This document shows, piece by piece, positions 1-11,687 of a DNA stretch of 64,000 bases (position 1 is its first letter; each line of letters opens with the position of its first letter). Below the pieces are notes generated by a model. It saw nothing but the letters and a program-made list of their open reading frames with translations, was not told the DNA's origin and made no database searches. The stretch covers positions 4,030,001-4,094,000 of the forward strand of contig OZ024742.1 of NCBI GenBank assembly GCA_964016885.1, given 5' to 3'. Origin of the DNA: Eledone cirrhosa. Its lineage: Eukaryota. A program made the translations under genes and the position numbers.

Positions 1-1617
1 GTTTATTCGCTAACACCACCACCCGTGTCCGTGTTTATGTTTATGTCCCAATACCTAGCGGTTCAACAAAACGAGGTTGATAAATTAAGTACCAGACTTG
101 ACGAGAAAGCGTTTCCCTATCATGGCCACACACTATTCACTAAAACAGTAAAGGAGTAAAAGACAACATTATGAGTGTTGTTCGGTCCATTCCCATCAAT
201 GGAACAATATACTTTGAAGCGAGATTGGAAACTGCACTTTTTTTTTATTACCCACGGTAGTTTTAATAAAGACATTCGTGTTTTGTTTTAACCTTAACAA
301 TAAGAAATACTGTATTTTAGAGGAAGGCAAAGGTGATAAGTGTGCCTTGCTTAAGGATACAACACACCACCAGGGATCGAACTCAGTGAATTACGATAAC
401 AAAATCAACATATTACTATTAACGAACGAGAGAAATAAATTAAATTCTGTAAAATAACTTTTATTTCAATGCTCTCTGGTTATATTGCTGTTTCGGTCGA
501 AAATCGTATTTAGACATTGTAAAACAAAACAATATAAGATTATAGTTCTAGAAGAAATCGAATAACTTCGATTTCTTGTTGTATTTTATTTAGTTACATA
601 TGAATATTTGATAAAAACTTTCTGCCTTTTTTTTTCTTTTTCAATATCAAAATTGTATATTTTTTGTAGCACTCCAGATTTATTCTGGAATATGCCATTA
701 TCTACATTCCTAACAAAGGACCCCAAGGTGTAATAATAACCATATCGACAATAAAAAATAATGTTTTAGCATAGTGTCCATATCGTTGCTTACAATTACA
801 GTTTTTGCCATATGGAAGCATACCATTATATAGAAGTGTTATCATAGCTAATGTTACAGGTTTTGTCATTTGAGCGTTTCGTTATTTAGTATTTTAGTTT
901 TTATCATATGGTGATCCAGAGAATGATATTACAATGTTTACAAGTAGTTACAATATTTTTATATTGTCTTCAGACAAAACATTTTTATATTTTATATTTT
1001 ATTTAATTATGTATTTCAATATATTTGCAGATCTATGTTTTATTATTGTTTTATTATTGTTTTATATGAAAACCATAACATAACTTTTCTAAATAATACA
1101 CATATAAGTCATAAACTAAAGCAATAAGCTTCTTAACACATCAACAGTCTAACTATGTTATATATGTTTAAATAAATGTATGTTTAATGGCAAATGTCAA
1201 AAAATGATGTGGTTTGTAGTAAACATTATTTAACTAAATAATTACAGGAGCTACTGTAAGGAGTGTTTGATGACTCTACCCCCATGACACTCCCAAGAAG
1301 AAGAAAAAGGAAAAAGGAAAAGGAACAGAAGAGTCTCTCGATGTAAATATGCTTAAATCCTCAATTTTCCTCGACCTTCTCACTCCGGTCATCACCGTCT
1401 TTTACTTTGCATTCATTGAAATCAAACACGATAATAGCGACTGATATAAAGTTATTATATATAAAACACAATGCCATGTCCTATTGAGTATATTGAACTA
1501 AATATAAATATAAAATAAAATATGCCACTTTGATTTTGTATCATTTGAACGTAAATATACGCTTCTTCATCTTTTACGGATGAGTATTGCTGTTTATATA
1601 TATATATATATATATAT

Positions 1618-4550
1618 ATATTAGTGAAAAAAAACAAATGAACTATTATGACATTATAACAAGTTTATTGCCGACAGCCGTTTCGTCCGACCATATTGAT
1701 GGACTTTTCAAGGCATATAACATGTGATTGTAAGATCATTATTTACATCAACGTATCACTCAAGACTAGCAGTTTGAAATTGTGGTATACATCAGCAGCT
1801 TCGCTTGTATAGTTGGGGTCTATATTCTAAGGGGGCTCTTTTATATTAGTTGTCGGGGTCAGGGATTGAAGGTTAAAAATTAGATAATATATAATTTACG
1901 CATTAAAAGTAAAGATTAAATTAGAAGACTTGGGATCCCGTAGAAGCACCTTAAAAAATACCTCAATAAGTGCATAAAGCTTACAGGCTCCAATAAACCT
2001 AATAAACTAGGAGAAATTAAGAGGCTAATAAAATAAAATAAAAAAATAAAAAAATAAAAATATAGAGTTTCCCTAAAAATATAAAGTTTGCTAAGAAATT
2101 CCTTCGATAGAAAAAAATTTTTTTCGAAAGAAAAAAACTTTCTTCCCCCGAGATCACGTTAACAAATTTCAGAAAACTTACGAGGTTTTGATATTCCCTA
2201 CTAAGTTGAAAGAAACTAATCAATTAAAGGTTAATTCAAAGAGCCGTCAATAAATCTCTCAGAAAAGGCCCCTTTAATATTTTTACTAGGAGCTTCCTCC
2301 GAGAGACCCTTCGAAGAATTAAAATTTTAGAGAGCCCTTAAGGATATATATAAACGAATTGAGGAAAATTATAAATTAAAAGTTAAAAATTACGGTATTT
2401 GGGATATCCGAGGAATTTTCAAAGGGCTGCTTCAACAGATACAACTTAGGCATAATAGATACAATTATTTAAGTAATTTAAGTAATTTAATTAGGGAGCA
2501 ATTCAAAGAGTTTATCAAGTTGGGCAAGATTAAAGAAAGTGGTAAATAAGAAAATACATAAGCAAAAAGACAATAATTATAAAATGTATTTTTAAGAAGG
2601 TATAAGGTAGCTTCAGTAATCTAATAATGTACTATCAAAAAATTAAGGATTAACAAAGACATAATAATATATTCCTGCCTAATTAACAAGTAATCAATAC
2701 ACTATTAACAGTCAGGCAAAATTAGCTCAGGGATATCCCGCGCTCGGATACTTTACACACACACAGCAACACATAGGATTAACACAGACATAATGGTATT
2801 TTCCTGCCTAATTAACAAACAATCAATTAACAATTGATGGTCAAGAAAATGTACTCAGGGATATCCCGCGCACGGATATTTACATACATACAGCAGGATG
2901 AACAGTACTGGTGACCGTGTGGGTGCGATATCCATTATGCGTATGTAGTCATCTGCATAGCTCCAGGCACAGTTGGTCTTGTTTAAAAGTTCATAGTCCA
3001 CGGATCAACTGTGATTCACTATCAGCTGTGTCGACTCTCTGGGAAATGTACCTGTGGATCAAATAGCTAGTGGTTGCTGGGTGTGGTCCGTTCGATTTGT
3101 TAGTTTTGGGGGTTGCACGCGTTTGCGATAGATCAGCCTGCCGGTTCTAAATCCAAGGTCTCGCTACATAGGATGTATTGGTCTACATGCTATATTGGTA
3201 AAAAAACCAGTGTGGATTTGACTGGGGTGGTGTACTACGAACTCCAAGCCCACACGCGACTGGTCAAATGCGAAGAGCTGTCCCCTCTTTGTTTGCTGTA
3301 TGGGTCGGTTCCAGCTTAGATGGTGGTCGTGTTATCCATATTCCGTCAGCCCTGTATATTCAAGACAGATCAGGGTATATATTTGCGGGTATGGTCCGGC
3401 GTCTACGCTATCCAAAGGGTCTCTCTTGTGGTATTTTCAAGTTCGCATGATCTGTCTTGAATATACAGGGCTGAATACATTTTATAATTATTGTCTTTTT
3501 GCTTATGTATTTTCTTATTTACCACTTTCTTTAATCTTGCCCAACTTGATAAACTCTTTGAATTGCTCCCTAATTAAATTACTTAAATTACTTAAATAAT
3601 TGTATCTATTATGCCTAAGTTGTATCTGTTGAAGCAGCCCTTTGAAAATTCCTCGGATATCCCAAATACCGTAATTTTTAACTTTTAATTGATAATTTTC
3701 CTCAATTCGTTTATATATATCCTTAAGGGCTTTCTAAAATTTTAATTCTTCGAAGGGTCTCTCGGAGGAAGCTCCTATAAAAATATTAAAGGGGCCTTTT
3801 CTGAGAGATTTATTGAAGGCTCTTTGAATTAACCTTTAATTGATTAGTTTCTTTCAACTTAGTAGGGAATATCAAAACCTCGTAAGTTTTCTGAAATTTG
3901 TTAACGTGATCTCGGGGGAAGAAAGTTTTTTTCTTTCGAAAAAAAATTTTTTCTATCGAAGGAATTTCTTAGCAAACTTCATATTTTTAGGGAAACTCTA
4001 TATTTTTATTTTTTTATTTTTTTATTTTATTTTATTAGCCTCTTAATTTCTCCTAGTTTATTAGGTTTATTGAAGCCTGTAAGCTTTATGCACTTATTGA
4101 GGTATTTTTTAAGGTGCTTCTACGGGATCCCAAGTCTTCTAATTTAATCTTTACTTTTAATGCGTAAATTATATATTATCTAATTTTTAACCTTCAATCC
4201 CTGACCCCGACAACTAATATAAAAGAGCCCCCTTAGAATATAGACCCCAACTATACAAGCGAAGCTGCTGATGTATACCACAATTTCAAACTGCTAGTCT
4301 TGAGTGATACGTTGATGTAAATAATGATCTTACAATCACATGTTATATGCCTTGAAAAGTCCATCAATATGGTCGGACGAAACGGCTGTCGGCAATAAAC
4401 TTGTTATAATGTCATAATAGTTCCTTTGTTCTTTTTCACTAATATTTCTGCTCTGCTTACACGTATAGAGCTTAACTAGCTACCGTCACAAATTTGGTAG
4501 GTCAGACGTGATCATCGCGATTCACATACGACCTACCATACATCTTGCTT
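1618..4550. mobile_element. Fold-back PLE-like element: ~970-bp inverted arms (1618-2590 / 3474-4445), ~880-bp spacer, ~105-bp unique tail (4446-4550), flanked by (TA)n
   Basis: Arms are near-exact reverse complements (ORFs 2017-2223 - and 3840-4046 + differ by 1 aa). Each arm has an HHR-like motif near its outer end. No RT recognisable. Confidence 0.8.
4348..4394 (+). ncRNA. Hammerhead-like motif with variant core (mirror copy 1669-1715, -)
   Basis: TGCC-TTGAAAA-GTCC..GGAC-GAAA-CGGCTG-TC-GGCA: stems I and II pair, GUC triplet present, core UUGAAAA instead of CUGANGA. Confidence 0.65.
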
Positions 4551-4654
4551 ATATATATATATATTTATATATATATATATATATATGATATATCCCAAAG
4601 CTCTCATACCATCAACACAATAAACACAGAGCTAGCATATCTAAGAACTGACTA

Positions 4655-4710
4655 ACTGCCTGATGAGGTCATAGCAATTCAATGGCTATCATCGAAATAT
4701 ATATAGCAGT
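4655..4710 (+). ncRNA. Minimal type I hammerhead ribozyme in a ~170-bp TA-flanked insert (4588-4757)
   Basis: ACTGC-CTGATGA-GGTCATAGC..GCTATCATC-GAAA-TATATA-TA-GCAGT. Confidence 0.85.
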
Positions 4711-4751
4711 AAATAAGGGATCATGAGTTCATGCAATTGAGTTATGTTTCG

Positions 4752-4789
<38 letters not shown>

Positions 4790-4796
<7 letters not shown>

Positions 4797-5215
4797 GTGA
4801 GGTTTTTTTTACAAAATGAAAAATAACCGAGGTGTCCTACACGAGTGAAAGTATAAGTAAAAAGATGAAATCGAAAATGCAACTAGAGTCTTATTTTTTT
4901 TAATATATATATATTTATTTGGTTCCTTTAACGGTTTCGCACTTCTGCTTTTCAAAAATAGAGTTGAGATGGAAGGTCTGTGGTTTTTCTCACATCTTAT
5001 ACTCTCACTCGTGTAGGACACCTCGGTTATTTTTCATTTTGTAAAAAACTTCACTTTCTATTATATATGAGGTGTGAGAAAAACCACAGACCCTCCATCT
5101 TAACTCTACTTTTGAAAAGCAGAAGAACTGCGAAACCGGTAAAGGAACCAAATAAATATATATATATTTTTTTAAATAAGACTCCAGTTGCATTTTCGAT
5201 TTCATCTTTTTCCCT
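4790..5215. mobile_element. Short inverted PLE-terminus element, order A-B-A'-B' (A = tail, B = HHR-bearing terminus)
   Basis: 4791-4856 is the reverse complement of 4997-5060; 4862-4996 is the reverse complement of 5071-5210; (TA)n on both sides; same family as 46331-46700. Confidence 0.8.
5107..5146 (+). ncRNA. Hammerhead-like motif with UUGAAAA core (copies 4925-4958 -, 46469-46504 -, 46589-46624 +)
   Basis: CTT-TTGAAAA-GCAG-AAGAA-CTGC-GAAA-CCGG-TA-AAG. Confidence 0.65.
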
Positions 5216-6486
5216 ATATATATATATATCCAGTGGGTGTAACTAGGAGTTACAGAAGGTTCACCCGGGTGAGCACTCGATGTTTAGGTTCACTTTTGTG
5301 ATGATGTGTAGAGCTATACAGAGTGTAAAATATAGAAAGGATAAAAAGGACGATTGATTATTCCTTCATTGCATTTTTTGATAGGTGACGCGCGTTTCGC
5401 TACTGATCAGCTCAAGGTTCGATCTATATCGATCCTACCCGACTCAATAAATCGGCAGCTCGACGGACCCTCTTAAAATGCTATAAGAAAATGAAATACA
5501 TGCTATGTGGTAAAGACAGAGTTTCAAGAGTTTGACAAAATGAGATGTTTTGATTGGTGAGAAGGATCAAGGCGATGTACTGGCCTGTAGTGTATATGGG
5601 GGTGGGTGTGATGGTGAGATGTTGGTGACGGTCTGTGGATGGGGTGGGCTGTGGTGTGTTGGTGGTGGGTTGGCCTTGGCGTGTAGAGTATGTGGGGGTG
5701 GATGTGATGATATAGTGGTGGTTAAGGTTATTTAGTGGGATGGGCTGTGGTATGAGGTTCGTAGATTGTCAGTAGACGGGTTGGCGTGTGGGTGGGGATG
5801 TGGTAGTCGTACCTTTGTCTATGGTAGCGGCGTTTGTGGTGGTGTGGTGGATGTATTGGTGGCGTCAGGTCCTTACATAGATACATAGTTAGACGCTCTT
5901 CGTCTGACAGATACCTTGTATATACGTATACGTACACACATATATGTATATATGTGCACATATATTGTTGTATAAACACACACAACATAAAACACATACG
6001 CACATCCTTGCCCACACATATCAGCATACGCTCACACACAGCCATATGTATATGTACACACATGTATGTGCATGCGCGCATGCGGTCACGAATATGGAGA
6101 GTGGGGGAGTATCGGTGGGGTGGCGAACGACAGAGATGGGGGGAAGGTGAGAGGCGATGTAGAAGGTGTTTTACATATATACATACACATACATACAGAT
6201 GGGTATGGGCACATGGACTCACACTCATGTATGCAAGATATACACATACACACTCGCACACACGTATATTCACACACATATATATATATATATACACACA
6301 CATGTACCGACAACACACACATACACGCACATATACACATACATGCACATATATGAGCTCACCTACACATACAGTCAGATTTACCCATATACATATATGC
6401 AGACGTACACATACACACACATACATACACATATATACACACACAGATACACATATGCATACACACACACATACATATATATACAG

Positions 6487-6517
<31 letters not shown>

Positions 6518-7598
6518 CACACACATAGACATATGTATACACATATGTTCACATACACACACACACACATAGAGATAAATTTGCGTAGACGCACGCACAC
6601 TTAAAACGCCCGTATGAGTAAAATACTTACACACAGACACACACACTATTGTTGGTTGGGGGAGTGGAGGTATGTTTTGTCGGTGTTGATGAAGTATGGA
6701 GTTGTGTTTTGTGGTGGTGGTGGTGGAGTTGTGAGGGACAAAAATATATATACCGGATCGAATACCGGTTAAAAGGTGACATAGGGGACGCGGGGGGAAA
6801 GCGTTTATGGACGTACGGCGATGTATTGTGGACATGGTGATGGTGGTGGTGCTGGGGTGATATGTTCGGCAAGATGATTACATGATCAGAGATTACGGTG
6901 TGTTATATGGTAGGCAGAAGGGGGGTGGGGGTATATAATACAGTCGATTTGGGAACGAGGGATGATATGTGTTGATGATGTAATGATAATGATTGTTGAA
7001 GTATGTGGATGTATTTAGTGGTGGCGGTGGTTGTGTGTGCGTGCGACAGTACAGTTACAGGGTCGAATTTAGCATGGGGTTGCAGGTTAGGGTAGATAGA
7101 GGGAACATGGGGGGATGAGGTTGTAGGCGTGTATGGTATGCACATGACGATGTGTGGTGTGGTGGTGGTGGCGATGGTGTGATATGGTCGACATTGTATT
7201 TACAAGGTCCCTTGTCATTGTGGATTGCAAGGTAGAACGTATCATATGGTACCGATTTAATACGATGTTGCAACTATGAGGTGTGTATGTTGATGTGAAT
7301 TTTGGTGGTGGTGATGGTGATGTGTGCGGCATGATATACAAATGGGGGCTTAGATATGGAGTACAATACAATAAGTTCATTGAGGTGGGCGATATTGAGA
7401 CGGGGTATAGGTGGTTATTAATATGGTGTGTCATGGTTAGTGTGATTTTTGGTGTGGGTTATGTATGCGGCATGATATACAAAATACGGGCTTACGTATG
7501 GTTAAATTCAATGAAATGAAATAAGATAAAGTGAAGTTAGATTAGAATTAAAGTTCGTTGAGATGGGCGATGGTGATACGGGGCAGGTGTGGTTATTA

Positions 7599-10017
7599 TT
7601 ATGGTGGGTCATGGTTAGTGCGTGGTCTTCCCGCGAAAGTTTGTGCAGAAAAGGTGTGCATCCTAGTGTGTCTGCAATTGACAATTATGCCTGACCTATA
7701 GTTTATGGCGGAATCAAGTTTAATTATTTCCGCCGCCTCAGCTAGGCACAATCTGCAGTGGTTTCTGTCACTGGGGATGTATGCCACACGTCTTTTTACT
7801 GACCACGAGATCCGGGGTTCAATATTCCTGTCCTTGAGGTCCCAGATCAGATCGGCCAGTTTTGTTTGGGGTCGTTTCGATCTATGTTTGAAGGAGCTTC
7901 TGTGGTTATACCAGCGCTCCTTAAACGTAGTGGATGTCGCACCTATATATGAGTACTCCTTATTGCCGGCAGTGACATCGCACCGGTAAACAATATTCTT
8001 AACGAGGCACTCCCCGTTTAATGGGCATTCGTCTCGTTTTTTGCAGTTGCATTTGGGAGTAACCGGCGCGGTGCAACGTTGGCGGTTGGTGTCGTGCGGT
8101 ATTGGTGTGGTGTGTGTGTTGTGTTGTGTTTTGTGTGTGGTTTCGTTCTGGGTTGTGGTGGTGGTTTGTTGGGGGAAACCATGTGTTTTCGTATTTTTGC
8201 CCTATTATTGTGTGCTATTGTGTGGCCTAGGTTTGGTGCTGTGGAGAAAGAGAATGTTACTGTGTGTTTATTGAAGAGCTTGTGGTATTTGTGTGTGTGT
8301 GGAAAAGATTGTTCGAGGGTCCTGAAAAAGGTTCCCGGTATGTTAGTGGCGACGTGTATAGAATAGAGGGGGGGTTATACCACGTGACAGGTCTACTTCG
8401 GTTTATGCGTTGTTTAGTGAGTTTGTGTGTGTTTTGGTCAGGCGTCTGTTTCAAATAGGTTCCAGGTAATCTATTGGCGTTATGTTCCTTGGCTCTATTG
8501 GTACTCAAACGTGTGCGATAGTCGGAGTTGTTATTGGGGCTAGAGAGTATGGCTTTGTCTCCTAGACAGTTATGTGTGGTGCTGTCTACGCTGCCGGCTG
8601 GGGGCGTCTAAGGAAGGTTATTGTGTGTCTTATGTGTGGAGGTTTCTTCTAAGTTCGTTTCTAAGGGCCCTGCTATGTTTAGCTGTGTTGCGGTTCTATT
8701 AGGGTTGATGTAAGAAATCTTCTCAGTATAACCAGCGTTTATAAATGCGGAGTCATAGTATTGCGCGTGCTGCTTGAAGATGTTTTCGTTGGCCGACAGT
8801 GTGGACACTCTGTTGGAGACACTTTTAACTATAGAGTTAATTATGCTCTTAGGGTGGTTGGAGTGTCTATTGACGTATCTAAGATTTTCATTAGGTTTGT
8901 GGTATGGACGGTAGAGGCCTGAGTCTAATTCTAGGGTTAATGTCTAAGAAGTTAACTGTCCTATTGTTGAGTTCAATTTCTACTGCTAAACCTTGGGTCT
9001 TAAAGATGTACCTAAGTCGTTTGTGTATTCTATTCAGTTGCCTGTTATTGAGTCCACGGGTCATTAGTAGGGCATCATCCCGGTATAAGCCACCGCCCAA
9101 GGAGGGGATCTCATCCGTTAATATGTTTAGGAGGTATATGCCTACTAAATCTGTAACCTGTGCCGAGTCAGTCGTTCCCATGGTGATGTCGAAGCTATCT
9201 GGTCTATTCTGTCGTTCCCAAAGTCTACCGTCGAATTCTAGTAAAGTTTTCCTAGCTATTATTATTATGTCTACTTCTCTTCTAGTGAGGCTTGATCTGT
9301 TCATGGCTGATATCAGTGCCTTGTTAAGGATGATTGGGGATATAGATGCGTAGTAGTTCGTAATGTCCAATTGGACTAATCGAACATTCGACTTAGTTTC
9401 AATGGCACAAAACCAGTCTATTACCTCCTTTGTACAAGACCATAGGCTGAGTTTAGTTCTAATCTTAATATTCGGTCAATGATTGATTTGCTAAGTCTAC
9501 CAAGGTCCGATTTGGAGGGGGATATGAGCCTGGGCGGTAGTTTTGACTGGAAGTCCGGTTTATGGTCTTTAATGGATATTCTCGGTGTTCTAGGGTTGCA
9601 AGGAAAGGTCCTGTCCTCAATACTCAGTTCGGTCATTATTGATTTCGCCTGTTTATTTATGTGTGCTAGGTTTTCTCGTGTTTATGTTTTGTATATTTTA
9701 GAGATTTCGTTTGTAATGCATTTGTTGTAGGTTTTGTACTCTAAGTTATATAGGTTTCCAGTTGTATCCGCTGGTACAATAATCCCAGTGCTATTCTTGA
9801 TCTTTTTTAAGGTAGAGGCGAGTCCGGACAGGAATGCACTTCTGTCAGGGTTTCGCGGTGGTTTCCTGAATCTAATTTTCCGGATCATGGTAATGATCCT
9901 GCTCTCAAATTCCTCAAGGAGTGGGTTGTGCGGTGGGTTTTTCGTTGATTTGAAAAGTCTTTTTATGTGGTTGGTGGGATTGTTAATTGATCCAGCGGCC
10001 CTCCTGTTGTTGTAGTG
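7599..10017 (-). pseudogene. PLE polyprotein: reverse transcriptase + Cys linker + GIY-YIG endonuclease, 5'-truncated, with an in-frame stop and frameshifts
   Basis: ADTTGNLY, PPRLISPSKS, QLDITNYYASI, FDITMGTTDSAQVTDLVG, GLYRDD, NFLDI, HSNHP; manual translation KCNCKKRDECPLNGECLVKNIVYRC..YSYIGATSTTFKERWYNH..CRLCLAE..NCRH. Confidence 0.92.
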
Positions 10018-10228
10018 GTAGGCCCTCCAACGGGAAGACCACGCACTAACCATGACCCACCATAATAATAACCACACCTGCCCCGTATCACCATCGCCCA
10101 TCTCAACGAACTTTAATTCTAATCTAACTTCACTTTATCTTATTTCATTTCATTGAATTTAACCATACGTAAGCCCGTATTTTGTATATCATGCCGCATA
10201 CATATCCCACACCAAAAATCACACTTAT

Positions 10229-10618
10229 TACCGGTGCGATGTCACTGTCGGCAATAAGGAGTACTCATATATAGGTGCGACATCCACTACGTTTAAGGAG
10301 CGCTGGTATAACCACAGAAGCTCCTTCAAACATAGATCGAAACGACCCCAAACAAAACTGGCCGATCTGATCTGGGACCTCAAGGACAGGAATATTGAAC
10401 CCCGGATCTCGTGGTCAGTAAAAAGACGTGTGGCATACATCCCCAGTGACAGAAACCACTGCAGATTGTGCCTAGCTGAGGCGGCGGAAATAATTAAACT
10501 TGATTCCGCCATAAACTATAGGTCAGGCATAATTGTCAATTGCAGACACACTAGGATGCACACCTTTTCTGCACAAACTTTCGCGGGAAGACCACGCACT
10601 AACCATGACCCACCATAA
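10229..10618 (+). pseudogene. Inverted duplicate of the GIY-YIG C-terminus
   Basis: Reverse complement of 7599-7988; ORF 10430-10618 is identical to 7599-7787. Confidence 0.9.
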
Positions 10619-11656
10619 TAATAACCACACCTGCCCCGTATCACCATCGCCCATCTCAACGAACTTTAATTCTAATCTAACTTTTGTATATCATGCCGCA
10701 TACATAACCCACACCAAAAATCACACTAACCATGACACACCATATTAATAACCACCTATACCCCGTCTCAACATCGCCCACCTCAATGAACTTATTGTAT
10801 TGCACTCCATGTTACCATCTCTAAGCCCCCATTTGTATATCATGGCGCACACATCACCATCACCACCACCAAAATTCACATCAACATACACACCTCATAG
10901 TTGCAACATCGTATTAAATCGGTACCATATGATACGTTCTACCTTGCAATCCACAATGACAAGGGACCTTGTAAATACAATGTCGACCATATCACACCAT
11001 CGCCACCACCACCACACCACACATCGTCATGTGCATACCATACACGCCTACAACCTCATCCCCCCATGTTCCCTCTATCTACCCTAACCTGCAACCCCAT
11101 GCTAAATTCGACCCTGTAACTGTACTGTCGCACGCACACACAACCACCGCCACCACTAAATACATCCACATACTTCAACAATCATTATCATTACATCATC
11201 AACACATATCATCCCTCGTTCCCAAATCGACTGTATTATATACCCCCACCCCCCTTCTGCCTACCATATAACACACCGTAATCTCTGATCATGTAATCAT
11301 CTTGCCGAACATATCACCCCAGCACCACCACCATCACCATGTCCACAATACATCGCCGTACGTCCATAAGCGCTTTCCCCCCGCGTCCCCTATGTCACCT
11401 TTTAACCGGTATTCGATCCGGTATATATATTTTTGTCCCTCACAACTCCACCACCACCACCACAAAACACAACTCCATACTTCATCAACACCGACAAAAC
11501 ATACCTCCACTCCCCCAACCAACAATAGTGTGTGTGTCTGTGTGTAAGTATTTTACTCATACGGGCGTTTTAAGTGTGCGTGCGTCTACGCAAATTTATC
11601 TCTATGTGTGTGTGTGTGTATGTGAACATATGTGTATACATATGTCTATGTGTGTG

Positions 11657-11687
<31 letters not shown>

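Noticed and set aside
3113-3319. YIG-containing ORF as a GIY-YIG nuclease
   Set aside because: No upstream GIY/VY motif or downstream R/E/N residues at the expected spacing
5550-7520. Many 60-290 aa ORFs rich in C/V/Y/I/H/T (here and throughout the window)
   Set aside because: Translations of (CA)n/(TA)n tracts; no domain content
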